Origin: Blepharisma stoltei ATCC 30299
Taxonomy: Eukaryota; Protista; Ciliophora
Assembly (NCBI GenBank): GCA_965603825.1
Contig: CBFDEM010000043.1
Span: forward strand, 186,001 to 250,000
DNA: 64,000 nucleotides
Direction: 5' to 3'
Shown here: in pieces, positions 37,069-49,669 of the stretch
Position numbering within the stretch: position 1 is the stretch's first letter
Layout: every line of letters starts with the position of its first letter
Program-made: the position numbers and the translations under genes
Notes under the pieces: generated by a model
What the model was told of the DNA's origin: nothing
The model's database searches: none
What the model saw: the letters and a program-made list of their open reading frames with translations, nothing else

Positions 37069-39228
37069 ATGGAAATTTTGCATCATTCTTGGTTCGAAGA
37101 AGAAGTAAATGAAAAATATCAAACAATAAAAAGATTTGCGTTTACCCTATTTTTGGTTATCGCAATAGCAGTTTCTATCAATTTATTAGCAGGAAAAAAT
37201 CATGATATTATTTTGGAATATCTTCCCTATGATTTATTACATATAGTTGAATGTATAGTTCTATGATATGGAGAAAACAAAAAAAGCCTTTTAAAATCAA
37301 GAATTGTAATAGCTGTATCTGAATTTAATTCTATTTTATGATTTCTAATGGGAACTACTAATTCAAAGGAATCTAAAGTTCTTTTATGCACCCTTTCTTT
37401 TGCATCGATAAACTTTTCTGAATGACCTCTTATATATTCATTCTGGATTCGGAGCTTAATTATGATTAAGCATATCTTTTTCTTTTATTATTTTGAATAC
37501 TTTACTGTAGGCTTGGATGTGATATCGGCTGAAGGAGGATTTTCTCAAATGATAGTAATTTTGATTTTTTTATTGTCTGAGCTCAACTGGCATCAGACAA
37601 GAGGGAAATCATTTGGAGAATTTAAGCACAGGAAAACTATAGAAAATGCTGAAAAACGACTGAGTTTAATTTTTGAATTATTTCCTGATGGAATTTTGAT
37701 AATTTCACATAACCATAAGATTTTATTTTCAAACGAAAACTTAATAAAGCTATTAGATTGTAATATACAGCAGGTAATTTCTTTGCTAAAATCAATTCAG
37801 TATATAGAAGGGAAAAATTATTCACAGTGAAATGGTTCAAATAAACTAATAGATGATATTAATTTAATTCAAAATTTTCAACTTAATGTGGAAGTATTAC
37901 TTGGTATATGCAGAATTGGGGTATATAATTTAGAATGAAAAGGGCAAAAAGTACTATGAGATGATGAAGAAGCTATATTATTGACGGTTAGGAATGTCAA
38001 TAATTTAATCCAATTGGAAAGAACAATATCAGACAGTAAATTAAAAAACGTTATGCTAAGATCAGTTTCTCATGAGTTGAGGACACCAATAAACGCTATT
38101 TCAAATTTTGTTGAATCATTAAAAGAAGAGCCAGAAATAGCTCGTCATAACGATTGAAACAGCAAGCTAGATATTACATTAATTTCATCAAAGCTACTCC
38201 TGTCATTAGTCAACGACTTGCTAGATTACTCAAGAATTTTGGCTGGAGTTTTTTCAATAAAAAAGTCCAAATTTTTATTGAAAAATGCTATTAATAACGC
38301 AATACAGTTAATAAAAATCCAAGCTGAGAGAAAAGGCTTAAAAATTATTTCACGAATCGATCCTGAAATCCCAGCATATATATTTTCAGATCCATTGAGG
38401 TTTAATCAAATCCTTCTGAACCTATTAAGCAATGCTTTAAAGTTTACAGTTTCAGGTTTTATTGAAGTTACTTGTGTGTCATGCTCTGGCGGAACTATGA
38501 AAACCATAGTGCAAGATACAGGAATTGGTATCAAGGACTCAAAGATAAATGATATATTCAAGGAGTTTAATACAAGCCACCATGGAAATTTAAATCCGAC
38601 TGGCTGTGGTCTGGGCTTATTTATTTCAAATATTATTGCTAAGGAATTAGGCTCAAAATCAATTGAAGTCCAATCAAAAGAAAATCAAGGATCATCTTTC
38701 AGCTTTTCTATTAATATAAAAGATGCTTTCCAAGATAACTTAGAGATAATGCAATATGATGATTCTTTTTCAGAAAATCTTCCAGAAAACAATTTTCCAA
38801 TCGTAATAAAAGATTTTAACGCTGTAATGAAACAGGAATGTCCAAGAGTTTTAATTGTCGATGATAATGAATTTAATAGGATTTCACTTGGATCAATCCT
38901 TTTTGGCAACAATATATTATATCGTGAGGCTTGCACTGGAAAACAAGCTGTAAATTATGTCGAAGAAATGAGCAGGAAAAAGAAGCCATTTAAGCTAGTT
39001 ATTATGGATGGAAGCATGCCTGAGCTTAATGGCTGAGATGCGACTAAAATTATTTTTAATTTGTATTCTGAAGGAAAAATTGATGATTTACCTACGATAA
39101 TCGGATATACAGCATTCACTTCTGATCAAGATATAAAAATGTGTATTGATTCAGGAATGACAGATTGCATTATCAAGCCATGCAGCTCTCAATTCTTGAT
39201 AAAAAAAATAATAGAATACTTGCAATAA
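37069..39228 (+). CDS. Membrane hybrid histidine kinase HK6
   Basis: Continuous frame to TAA 39226-39228 with TGA=Trp. Confidence 0.92.
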
Positions 39229-39660
39229 AATGTTGTTGGAACAAATCAAAATTTTGATATGATTTTTAATTAAAAAAAACCTTAAATAGCTTTTTAGTAA
39301 AATTATTATCAGAATTGAATAAAAAAAATTCTCGAAAATGGTGCAATTTTCATCATATAATAAGATAGTTCTTATTTACATTTGAATTTATTCAATATAT
39401 TTAGATAGCTGATCCTAAAATTTAGAAGGCGATCTTAATTAAAAATAATGAATATTTTCTTGTAATTTTTAAATAAAAATTTAAATATTCTTTTAAATCA
39501 ATTATATTTTTAAAGTTTTGCATCAAATTTAAGTCTTAAATGCTAAATTCAGCGACTAAGATCTAATAATATTATTCTTTTTCATAAAATTTACATAAAA
39601 CTATTAAAAAGCATCTTATCTTAAGAACTGAATTAACTGAACGGAGCAATAAAAAATTAA

Positions 39661-41823
39661 ATGGAAAAGCTACGAAAAAGTTGGTGGGACAATGAAGTTC
39701 AGGAGAAATATCAAATCATAAAAAGATTTCAGTATTTAAGATTTCCTTTTGTTTTATCGTTCTGGTTCACTATTTGGATTATCCAAAATCAATTATCAAT
39801 CCAATGCTTAAAATTAGAGCCTGGATATTATGTATATTTATCATCACAATTTCTTATATGTTTCTTAATACAATATGTGCAGAATAAAGACAATTTTTAT
39901 AAATCACTTCTAGGAATTGCATTATCCGAATACAATTGTCTATTGTGATGGATAATGGCAAGGGGTGATTTCAAAACCTCAAAACTCTTGCTCTCGAATA
40001 TTTCTTTGTCGTGCATTAACATTTGTGAGTTCCCATTCATAAAAACATCATTTTTCAGACTCTTAGTTTTAGCGAGACATTTAATAATGTGGCAATATAT
40101 AGACTATTACTCAGGAAGTATCGAATTAACACTTGATACTATGCCTCATTTAATGGCAGTTCTAAATGTTTTTCTTTGCGAAACTCAATGCCGCAGAGTT
40201 AAATTTTTTTCATTTGAGAGGTTTTTGTCAACCCAAAAATTAGAAAGCATGGAGAAAAGGCTCAGTGTCATTTTTAATCTTTATCCTGATGGATTAATGG
40301 TATTGTCACAATCAAATACTCTGCTGTATTCTAATGCAATTATCACAAAGTACTTAGGATGCAATACTGATCAGATTGAAAAGATATTGGTAACTATTGA
40401 ATATGCACAAGGGAAAAAATATTCTGAGTTTTCTGATTCAAGTAGGCTCATTGATGATATTAATTCTGTCAAAAATTTACAATTGAATCAGCAAGTATTG
40501 CTAGGGATAAGCCAGCTTGGAAATTTAAATTTAGAATGGAGAGCTCAAAAAGTCCTATGAAATGAAGAAGAGGTAGTATTGCTAACTGTGAAAGACATTA
40601 GTCATATCATAGAGCTAGAAAAATCTATCTCTGACAATAAATGAAAAAATGTGCTTTTGAGGTCAGTCTCTCATGAGCTGAGAACACCTATAAATGCAAT
40701 TTCTACTATTTCTGAGTCAGTAATGTACGACTCAGAAGTTTTACTATCTAAAAATTTTGCAACAAAATTAAATATAATTTCAGTCTCTTCAAAGCTTTTG
40801 CTTTCTCTTATAAATGACTTATTAGACTATTCAAGAATTTTAGCTGGATCCTTTTCTATAGTAAAATCAAAATTCCAGCTGACAAATACAATAAATACCA
40901 CTGCCCAATTAATTAAGCTTCAAGCAGAAAAGAAAGGGGTTAAGCTCACCATTAGGATTGACCCTCAAATTCCTGAGCATATTTATTCAGATCCTTTAAG
41001 ATTCAGCCAAATTTTGCTAAACCTTTTAAGCAACTCTCTAAAATCGACCATAACTGGGTATATCGAAATATGCTGCATTTTATGTGAAAAATGAAAAATT
41101 AAAGTAACAGTAAAAGATACTGGGATTGGTGTTGAAGAAACCAAGCTTATCAATATGCAAAAAGAATTTAAATTACATCAAAACCTTACAATAAATCCAA
41201 CCGGGTGTGGAATTGGTTTATTCATTTCAAACAAAATATCTAAAGAGCTCGGCACAAAACCAATTGAGGCAAGTTCTGTTATTGGCTTTGGATCATCTTT
41301 TAGCTTCTATGTTGACATTTCAGAAGAAAAAGCCATTGACGAGCTTAAATTTGACGATGATATTTCTGAATTTACTTCAGAAGAAATTCATCCAATTTCA
41401 ATAAAAAATTTCAAAGAAATTATCAGTGAATTTCCACAAATTTTGATTGTAGATGATAATGAATTTAATAGAGTTGCTTTAGGAACACTTCTAGCTAGAA
41501 AAGGGTATCTGTTTGATGAAGCCTGCACTGGGAAAGAAGCAGCAAGGAAAATTAAGGAAAATGATAGCAAATCAAAGCCTTATAAATTGGTTATAATGGA
41601 TGGGTGCATGCCTGAACTAAATGGTTGGGATGCAACAAAGCTTATTAATCAAATGTACTTTAATGGAAAACTAAATAGTTTGCCAATCGTAATTGGGTAT
41701 ACTGCTTTTAGTTCTGATGTGGAACTAGGAATGTGCATTGAATCTGGGATGAAAGAATGCCTTATTAAACCTTGTGACCCAGAGATATTAATTTCAAAAA
41801 TATCAAATTATCTTTCATCTTAG
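39661..41823 (+). CDS. Membrane hybrid histidine kinase HK7
   Basis: ORF pieces are all in one frame, separated by TGA only; variant N-box NSLKST. Confidence 0.9.
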
Positions 41824-42303
41824 CAATGAAATATTCAATTTAATATGTAATTAATTATTGTCTTTATATCAGTTATTTTATAAAGTTTTTAACAAAAACA
41901 ATTGGAGAATTTTTTTATTTAAATTTTTTGAATTTATTTAACTCGTGATCATTTTCTATTATATCTAATTGATTTAGTTTATAAGTTTTACTTTGAAATT
42001 TCAACGAAATTTCAAAATGGAAAAACTTTAAAAACGATTTTAAAGCTCTTTAAGCATGATAAGTAATTGTTAATTAATTAAAAAATATCTATTTATGAGA
42101 TAAATTTAACTTAATCTAGAAAATATTCCTTTCTTGTCCTTTTACAAAATTCAACAAATTTAAGTAAAAACTAAAAAAAGTCTTTATATAAAATTAATTA
42201 GATAATATTAGCATTTGCCAGCATAATAAAAAATTAAAATTCATCTGATTTTTTTGATAGGTACTTTTTTTATATTAATTTATTTACCAATATAAAATCA
42301 GTA

Positions 42304-44475
42304 ATGGAGAAATTACACAGAATTTGGTGGCAAGAAGAAGTAATCGAGAAATATAAAGTACTTCAAAAATTCCTTTATTCTCGTCTATTACTTGTCGTCT
42401 CGTTTTGGGTTGTTCTTTGAGTTGCTCAAATTGCAGTTCCTATTAAATGATTGAGGCTTGAGTCTATTCATTTTGTATATGGGATCTCTCAACTTGCCAC
42501 TTGTTTTCTTGTAAAATTAGTTGAAAATAAAGAGGAACGATGAAAATCAATTTTAGCTGTCATACTTGCTGAATGCAACTGTATTGGCTGGTGAGTAATG
42601 GGTTTGTATGGATACAAGTCTTCGAGGGTTTTGCTTTCAAATCTTTCGCTTACTTGCATAAATATTTGCGAGTGGCCTTTTATTCATGCTTCATGGTTAA
42701 GAATTTTAATACTTTGCAAGCATTTACTACTTTGACATTATATTGGGTATTATTATGGAGAAATAGAAAACACTGGAGATACAATGCCTCATCTTATGGC
42801 TTTTATGATCATTATTTTATGCGATAACCATTGTAGTCTTCAAAGGAAAAACTCTTTTGAGAGATTTATTTCAAGAAAAAATCTTGAAAATGCAGAAAAG
42901 AGGCTTAGTGTAATTTTCAATTTGTTTCCAGATGGATTTTTAATATTATCCAAAGAAAAGCTTATTCTTTATTCCAATCAAATTTTAACGACCCTTTTAT
43001 TGTGCAATTTGAACCAAGTAATTCAAAAACTCACAAGTATTGAATATTCCCAAGACAAAAAATATTCCCATCTATCAAATTCCAATAAACTTATTGACGA
43101 TATAAACTTGGTGCATAATTTACAAATAAATCAGCAGGTGATTTTAGGTTTAAGCCAATCACAAAACATGAATTTAGAATGAAAAGCACAAAAGATTTTA
43201 TGAGATGAAGGAGAAGAAGCAACCCTATTAATAGTAGCAAATGCAAACCACATCATTGAACTAGAACAAACCATATCAGACAACAAATTAAAAAATGTCC
43301 TCCTGAGGTCAGTTTCACATGAGTTGAGAACTCCTCTTAACGCTATTATTTCTTTATCAAACTCCCTTTCTAACGAAAGAGAAATCGCTATAAATAAAGA
43401 AATGAACACAAAATTAAACATCATTTCAGTTTCTTCAAAACTTCTCCTTTCACTGGTAAACGATTTATTGGATTATTCAAGGTTCTTAGCTGGTGCTTTT
43501 TCTATACAAAAATCAATGTTCTTGATAAGAAATGCAATATATGAAGCTGTACAGTTAGTAAAGCTGCAAGCCGATCAAAAAAAATTGAAAATATTTGTTA
43601 GGATTGATCCGAATATCCCTGATAGTTGCTATTCAGATTCATTAAGATTAAGCCAAATTTTGCTTAATTTATTGTCAAATGCTCTGAAATTTACATTTGA
43701 AGGATATATTGAGGTCTGCTGCTTATTAAATTCAACTGGCAAGGTGCAAATAATAGTAAACGATACTGGAATAGGCATTGAGAATTCTAGAATGTCAAAT
43801 ATTTTTAAAGAATTTAACACACTTACAAACCCAATAATAAATCCGTCAGGATGTGGACTAGGGCTTTTTATATCTAATTTAATTGCTAAAGAGCTTGGAA
43901 ATGAGCCAATCAAAGTTCAATCAGCTCCAGGAAAAGGATCATCTTTCTGCTTTTTTGTTGATATTTTTGAAGAAAACCCATCTATCGAAAATGCGAATTT
44001 TGAAGAATTACCTGAATATTTAGTACCAGAAGAGGCACCTTCTATAAAAATTAAAGATTTTAACGAATATATAGAAAAAGAATATCCAAAAGTTTTAATT
44101 GTTGATGACAATGATTTCAATAGAATTGCTCTTGGAGATTTATTACGTCATTATGGGATTTTGTATGATGAGTCTTGCACTGGAAAGCAAGCTGTAAAAA
44201 AAGTAGAGGAAGCTAATGGAAAGAATAAACCATATAAAGTCGTCGTGATGGATGGCAGCATGCCTGAATTAAATGGCTGAGATGCAACGAAATTGATTTA
44301 TCAATTGTTTTATGAAGGAAAGATTCTGATTTTGCCTAGCATTATTGGATATACTGCTTTTACCTCTGAAATGGATATTTCACTATGCATAAATGCAGGC
44401 ATGAAAGAATGTCTGATAAAACCCTGCAATCCAGGAGTTTTAATTGAAAAAGTATCAAAATACTTATCTTTATAA
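42304..44475 (+). CDS. Membrane hybrid histidine kinase HK8
   Basis: ATG 42304 (MEKLHRIWWQEE), continuous with TGA=Trp. Confidence 0.92.
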
Positions 44476-45181
44476 AAACTTGATGAAAAAATTATAAATC
44501 TAAATTTTTATAGGATTATAAACAAACCAACTATTTGGACACTAAAAAGTGCGGCCTACGCTGGGATATGCTGAGTAAAAATGGCACGTGACCTTCCTAA
44601 ATTCTTTTCTCTTTAAATTCTGGCAAACTCACCTAGCCCAATAACCAGCTCTCTGGGCTAGAGTCACCCTTTGTCAGCTTCTTTGATCATCCAGATAAAT
44701 GAATACTATGTGAGATATAAAAACAGTCTAAAGATCTGGTAGGAGGAGAAAGCATTCGGGGATAAATATAATTATCTTTTCGTTAAGGCATCACCAAGCA
44801 CTAAAGCCTACTCCAACCAGCTAGCAAAGATACAAAACTTTCAGCATATAGGGACAGGTCTTACCCACTCCAGTAATTCGTCCTCCATTAGCATCATCAT
44901 CCTTAAAAAAATTATAAGGATATCCCAGTTCATTATGTAAATAAAATTTACTATTACCGCTTCTGCTTTTTATATTGCAAAATGGCCATTTTATATTATG
45001 AATATCGCATAATTTAATAAACCTAATTCAAAGTGTATTAACTCCTTTATCACCTTGCCGCAAAAGAATTAATAATTATAAATTTTTGATAAATTATGCT
45101 AATTAAGAACTTATATCAAAATACTATAATTTTAATATAGACATGGCATTCAAACAATAATAAATAAAAAATTCTGTAATT

Positions 45182-45676
45182 ATGAAAGACTCACCGATTT
45201 TTTTCCAAATTAACACGACACAAAACGATTCCACTGAAAATGACATGAGAGGAGGTTCCTCGTTAGGTGACCTCCCTTCAAAATTTTCAAAGACTTCTTC
45301 AAAGTATGTTATCCAACCAAAATCAAGTAGCAAAAGAAATAAATCCAATAAAGGGTGTGCTGTTTTGCCATATAACGAGATCCATAACCAAGTAATTGAT
45401 GAAGATATCGAAGAAGAACGCAAATTCAATCATGCAGAAACAGTAAGAGCGAAGCCAAATGATACTATATTCAATGAATTAATTAACAGAAGCAAAACAA
45501 TGACAGATCGCCAAGAAAACAATAAGAGGAATGTAAAAGTATGCAAATGCAAGAGATGTGGCAGGCTTTCTTTCATTGAAAATGATGTCTGCTTTTACTG
45601 TCACCGCTCAGCAAGCTCAAACTGGAAGTCATTAGTTTTTTCATCAATTATTTGCTGCTGCTGGTGCGCAAGCTAG
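45182..45676 (+). CDS. Small protein with C-terminal CxxC-x10-CxxC zinc ribbon and CCCW tail
   Basis: CKRC..IENDVCFYC..CCCWCAS; paralogue of 46605-47138. Confidence 0.8.
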   Translation: MKDSPIFFQINTTQNDSTENDMRGGSSLGDLPSKFSKTSSKYVIQPKSSSKRNKSNKGCAVLPYNEIHNQVIDEDIEEERKFNHAETVRAKPNDTIFNELINRSKTMTDRQENNKRNVKVCKCKRCGRLSFIENDVCFYCHRSASSNWKSLVFSSIICCCWCAS

Positions 45677-46604
45677 TATATTTGAATAATTTAAAGTTTA
45701 ATAGCTTTTCATGTTATTTAAGTAAGTGTTTTTCCTAAAATTAGATGTAAATCATTTATTGAATGACATTTAATTGACTGCGAAAATGTTATCTGATTTC
45801 AAATTATATTGGGTTATTATCGTTCAGCTTCTTCATAAGAAAGATAATTAGTTAAAATTTGTGCTCGATAGTAACCAAATGAGCTTTAAGATTACCTCTT
45901 CAAACTTGATAGACACTAAGATTCAAGTATACATTTCAAGCTAATCCAAAGTTCAGATAATGAAAAATGTTTACTCGAATGATTTATTTATCGCAGCAGG
46001 AAATAAAAAAATTATTGCGGTACAGGCACTATAGTAAAGTGCACTTTGATAAAATTTACAAGAATTCATAGATGGCATAATCAAAATTATTTTAAAATAA
46101 CAATCTATCTATGCTTAAATAATAAACATTATAAGAAGTGAACGTCTCAAAATTATTGTATTTGGTATGATGTTGACAAATCAACAATGAAGCCAATTAT
46201 AGGAAATAGCTGCTGATTGGGTCCATTACTAGCTAGACAAAAATTACTCAATTATTTACAAGCCCAGGATCAATATTTAATAAGCTCATCTTGCAGTTGA
46301 AGATTATAAACTTTACTCTTATTCAATCTCAAATTTTATACTAAAAATTTAGCTGATTTTAAAACTTATTCACTTGTTGAAAAAATTCAAAAATTTAAAT
46401 GCATATCTTAATTACCTGCCTAACCGGCTGCCATATTTCTTCACATAAGCTTAATGTGATAATTTTTATCATCAAAATTTATGAGCCTAAATTATTTTTG
46501 CGCCCATCAGATTTATATTAATTTATTACATCCATTTTAAGTTTACAAATCCTTTAACCTTTTAGTAAATATTAATTGTTTAAAATATAAGAATCCGTAA
46601 AAGC

Positions 46605-47138
46605 TTACGTGCAAAGCCAGCAGCAGCAATAGGCAGATGCACGCGCAAAAGATTTTAGGTATGAGCTCTTGTTGCAAACAGTTTTACAATGACAACAAAT
46701 GTCATTTTCTATATATGAAAGTTTTTTGCATTTCCCACATTTACTAATTCTGACTGTTCTTGGTCTTGCTTCTTCGTGGTGATTTCTTGTAGTTTTACTA
46801 TGGGTTATAATCGTTTCCAGCTTATCACTTGACCTTTCCCTAAACGTTTCTGCATATACGAGCTTATGCTCTTCGTCTGGTTTTTCAATGAGATTTTTAT
46901 TTTCGCTATTTATATATGGAACAACTGCATTCCCCTTGTGAGATTTAATATTTCTATTTTCAAAAATTCTTGGCGAATTTTTTTTTGACTCAATTACATA
47001 TTTTGCAGAATTTTTTGAAAATTTGTGGTTATGCTCGGTAGGACATGGGTGTGCTTCTGAATTGATTGTATTGGAAAGATTCTGCTCAAAAGTTGGCACC
47101 GTGGTGAGCTGATTATGATTAATGATTGGATCTTCCAT
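46605..47138 (-). CDS. Paralogue of 45182-45676 (zinc ribbon, CCCW tail)
   Basis: Shared KFSK.S.KYVI, KG.AV.PY, AET.R, SKT, CxxC..S.IEND.CxxC and CCCW. Confidence 0.8.
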   Translation of the reverse strand: MEDPIINHNQLTTVPTFEQNLSNTINSEAHPCPTEHNHKFSKNSAKYVIESKKNSPRIFENRNIKSHKGNAVVPYINSENKNLIEKPDEEHKLVYAETFRERSSDKLETIITHSKTTRNHHEEARPRTVRISKCGKCKKLSYIENDICCHCKTVCNKSSYLKSFARASAYCCCWLCT

Positions 47139-47338
47139 GATTAAAGTTATATTTTCTATTATTGAAAAATATGAAATTTGAACGAGATTTGTGTAAAATA
47201 AATACTAAATATTTAATCAATTAAATGATTTTATTTGAAGAGCTTATATAAAAATTTTTGCATCCAGAAAATTCATGTCAAATTTCCTTCAAGACTTCCA
47301 TTTTTGCAGATTTTAAAGGCTTTTTTTTATCAAAAAAT

Positions 47339-49495
47339 TTATATGGATAAATAGTTAGTTATTTTATTTATCAAAATTTCAGAATTACACGGTTTTATAA
47401 TGCATTCTTTCATGCCTGACTCTATACAAAGTGATAGCTCTGCATCTGATGTAAAAGCTGTATATCCAATGATTACTGGTAAATTATCAATTTTTCCACT
47501 AGAATATAAACCTAAAATATTTTTTGCTGCCTCCCAACCATTTAGCTCAGGCATGCTTCCGTCCATAATAATTAACTTATAAGATTTCCTCTTTTTATTC
47601 ATCTCTAATACTTTTGTAATAGCTTCCTTTCCTGTACAAGCCTCATTAAATAAAATTTTATAGCTTGAAAGTAATGATCCAAGAGCTAATCTATTAAAAT
47701 CATTGTCATCTACAATTAAAACTTGTGTGTTTTCTTCTTGTAAAAGTCTATCAAAATTGCTTATAGTTAAGTTGAGTTTATTTTCTTTCGGAATTTCACA
47801 TATGGTTTCATTTTCGAACAGCAAGTGACCTTGTGTGTTTTGATCAAAAATATTTACACAAAAGCTAAAGCTTGATCCTTTATAAACTTTAGACTTAACT
47901 TCAATAGAAGATCCTAACTCTTGAGCTATAATATTTGATATTCATAGCCCAAGCCCACATCCAACAGGATTTAAATCTTTGTCTAAATATGTGCCAAATT
48001 CTTTAAATAAATTTTTCATTTTTTCTTCTGAAATCCCAATTCCAGTGTCTTTAACCGTAATTTTTAACTGATTTTTTTCATTTAACATACAGCGGATTTC
48101 AATTGATCCTTTTAATGTAAATTTTAGAGCATTGCTTAGCAAATTCAATAAAACTTGGCTAAGTCTCAGTGGGTCTGTGTGTACATTTATTGGTAATTGA
48201 GGATCAATTCGGGTGAAAATTTGTAAACCTTTTTTCGTTGCTTGAATTTTGATGAGCTGAATGACTTCATAAATACTATTCCATAAAGCAAAATTTGATT
48301 TCTGAATTGAAAACATACCAACAAGGACTTTGGAATAGTCAAGTAAGTCATTAATAAGAGATAGGAGATGGTTTGTTGAAACCGAAATTATATTTAATTT
48401 TTCTTTCCAAGGATGGAAAGGTGAAATCTCAGGATCATTTTTTAAAGATTCAGCTAATGATTTTATTGAATTTATCGGAGTTCTAAGCTCATGAGAAACA
48501 GAGCGTAAAAGGACATTTTTCAATTTATTATCAGATGTTGTCTTTTCAAGCTGAATAATGTGATTCACATTACTGACAGTTAAAAGTATCCCATTCTGCT
48601 CTCCTCATAGCACTTTTTGTGCCCTTCATTCTAAATACGTTGCCCCACATTTGCTTACCCCTAAGCTTATTTGCTGATTCAATTCCAAAGAGAGGATTAT
48701 TTTTACATGCTCAATAATTTTATTTGAAGGCGACAGCTCAGATTGCTTTCTTCCTTGGCAATATTGGAGATCTGAAATAGTCGGTATAAGTTGGGCGAGC
48801 TCACAGTTCAAAAGCCTTAATAAATTTTCATTTGAATATAAAATTTCATTTCTTTCTGAAATAATTAATATACCATGTGGAAATAAATTAAAAATCAAAT
48901 TCAGTCTCTTCTCTGCATTTTCTAGATTTCTCCTCGATAAAAACCTTTGGAAAGATCTCATCATCATACGCTCACAACGAATTTCACAGAGACAAGCAAC
49001 TAGCAATGAGACAAAATGGGCATTAGATGCAAAGTTAATTGAGATATTTCCCATAAAGTACTTACCATAATACCACAGAAAAAAAAATTTTGCTACTACG
49101 AATATTCTCAGCTTGGGACATGCAATAAAAGGAAGTTCGCAAAAGCCAATAGTGGCGAATGAAATGATAGAAAATATTACTTTGCTATCTTCTTCAACTT
49201 CATAAATACTTATAAACTTCCATATGAAGCAATTATACTCCGAAAATAAAATTGCTACTAAACACTTTATGTTAGAATTTCGGTGCTCAAATGAAGCTGT
49301 AAAATGACATAGTAGTCAGTGAACCCCAGCCAGAATAAAAAATAGGATTGAATTTTCGTTTCTGAGAAACTGAAAACAAATAACTAGACCTCAAAGCGGT
49401 ACCAATATTCATTGGAGGCCAAATGAGATTTTTTTAATCATTTGAAAGGTGCCGTTTATTTCTTCCTCCCATCATAGCTCTTTCATTCTATCCAT
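47339..49495 (-). CDS. Membrane hybrid histidine kinase HK9 (inverted)
   Basis: ATG 49495 (MDRMKELWWEEE); one frame to TAA at 47339 with TGA=Trp. Confidence 0.92.
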
Positions 49496-49669
49496 TTCAG
49501 TAATTTATACTCAATTTATTATAAATTTAACTACAGCTTTTCATAGCGATACTTCTTTTCGTATCCTATATTTTATAATATCAAAACTTTTTTAAAATTC
49601 TGCTCCTTCCAAAATGGCTTTCAATTAGAAAATCTTTAATCAAATATCCATTTTATATAGGCCTTAAAT

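Noticed and set aside
46000-46270. Possible IS1595/ISXO2-like transposase relic (DVDKSTMKPII..GSI)
   Set aside because: Only a vague short resemblance across frameshifts, with no terminal repeats; not supportable without a profile search.
23373-49495. Bacterial two-component operon or contaminant contig
   Set aside because: The genes share the host UGA=Trp code and AT-rich spacers and are contiguous with intron-containing eukaryotic genes and LINEs.
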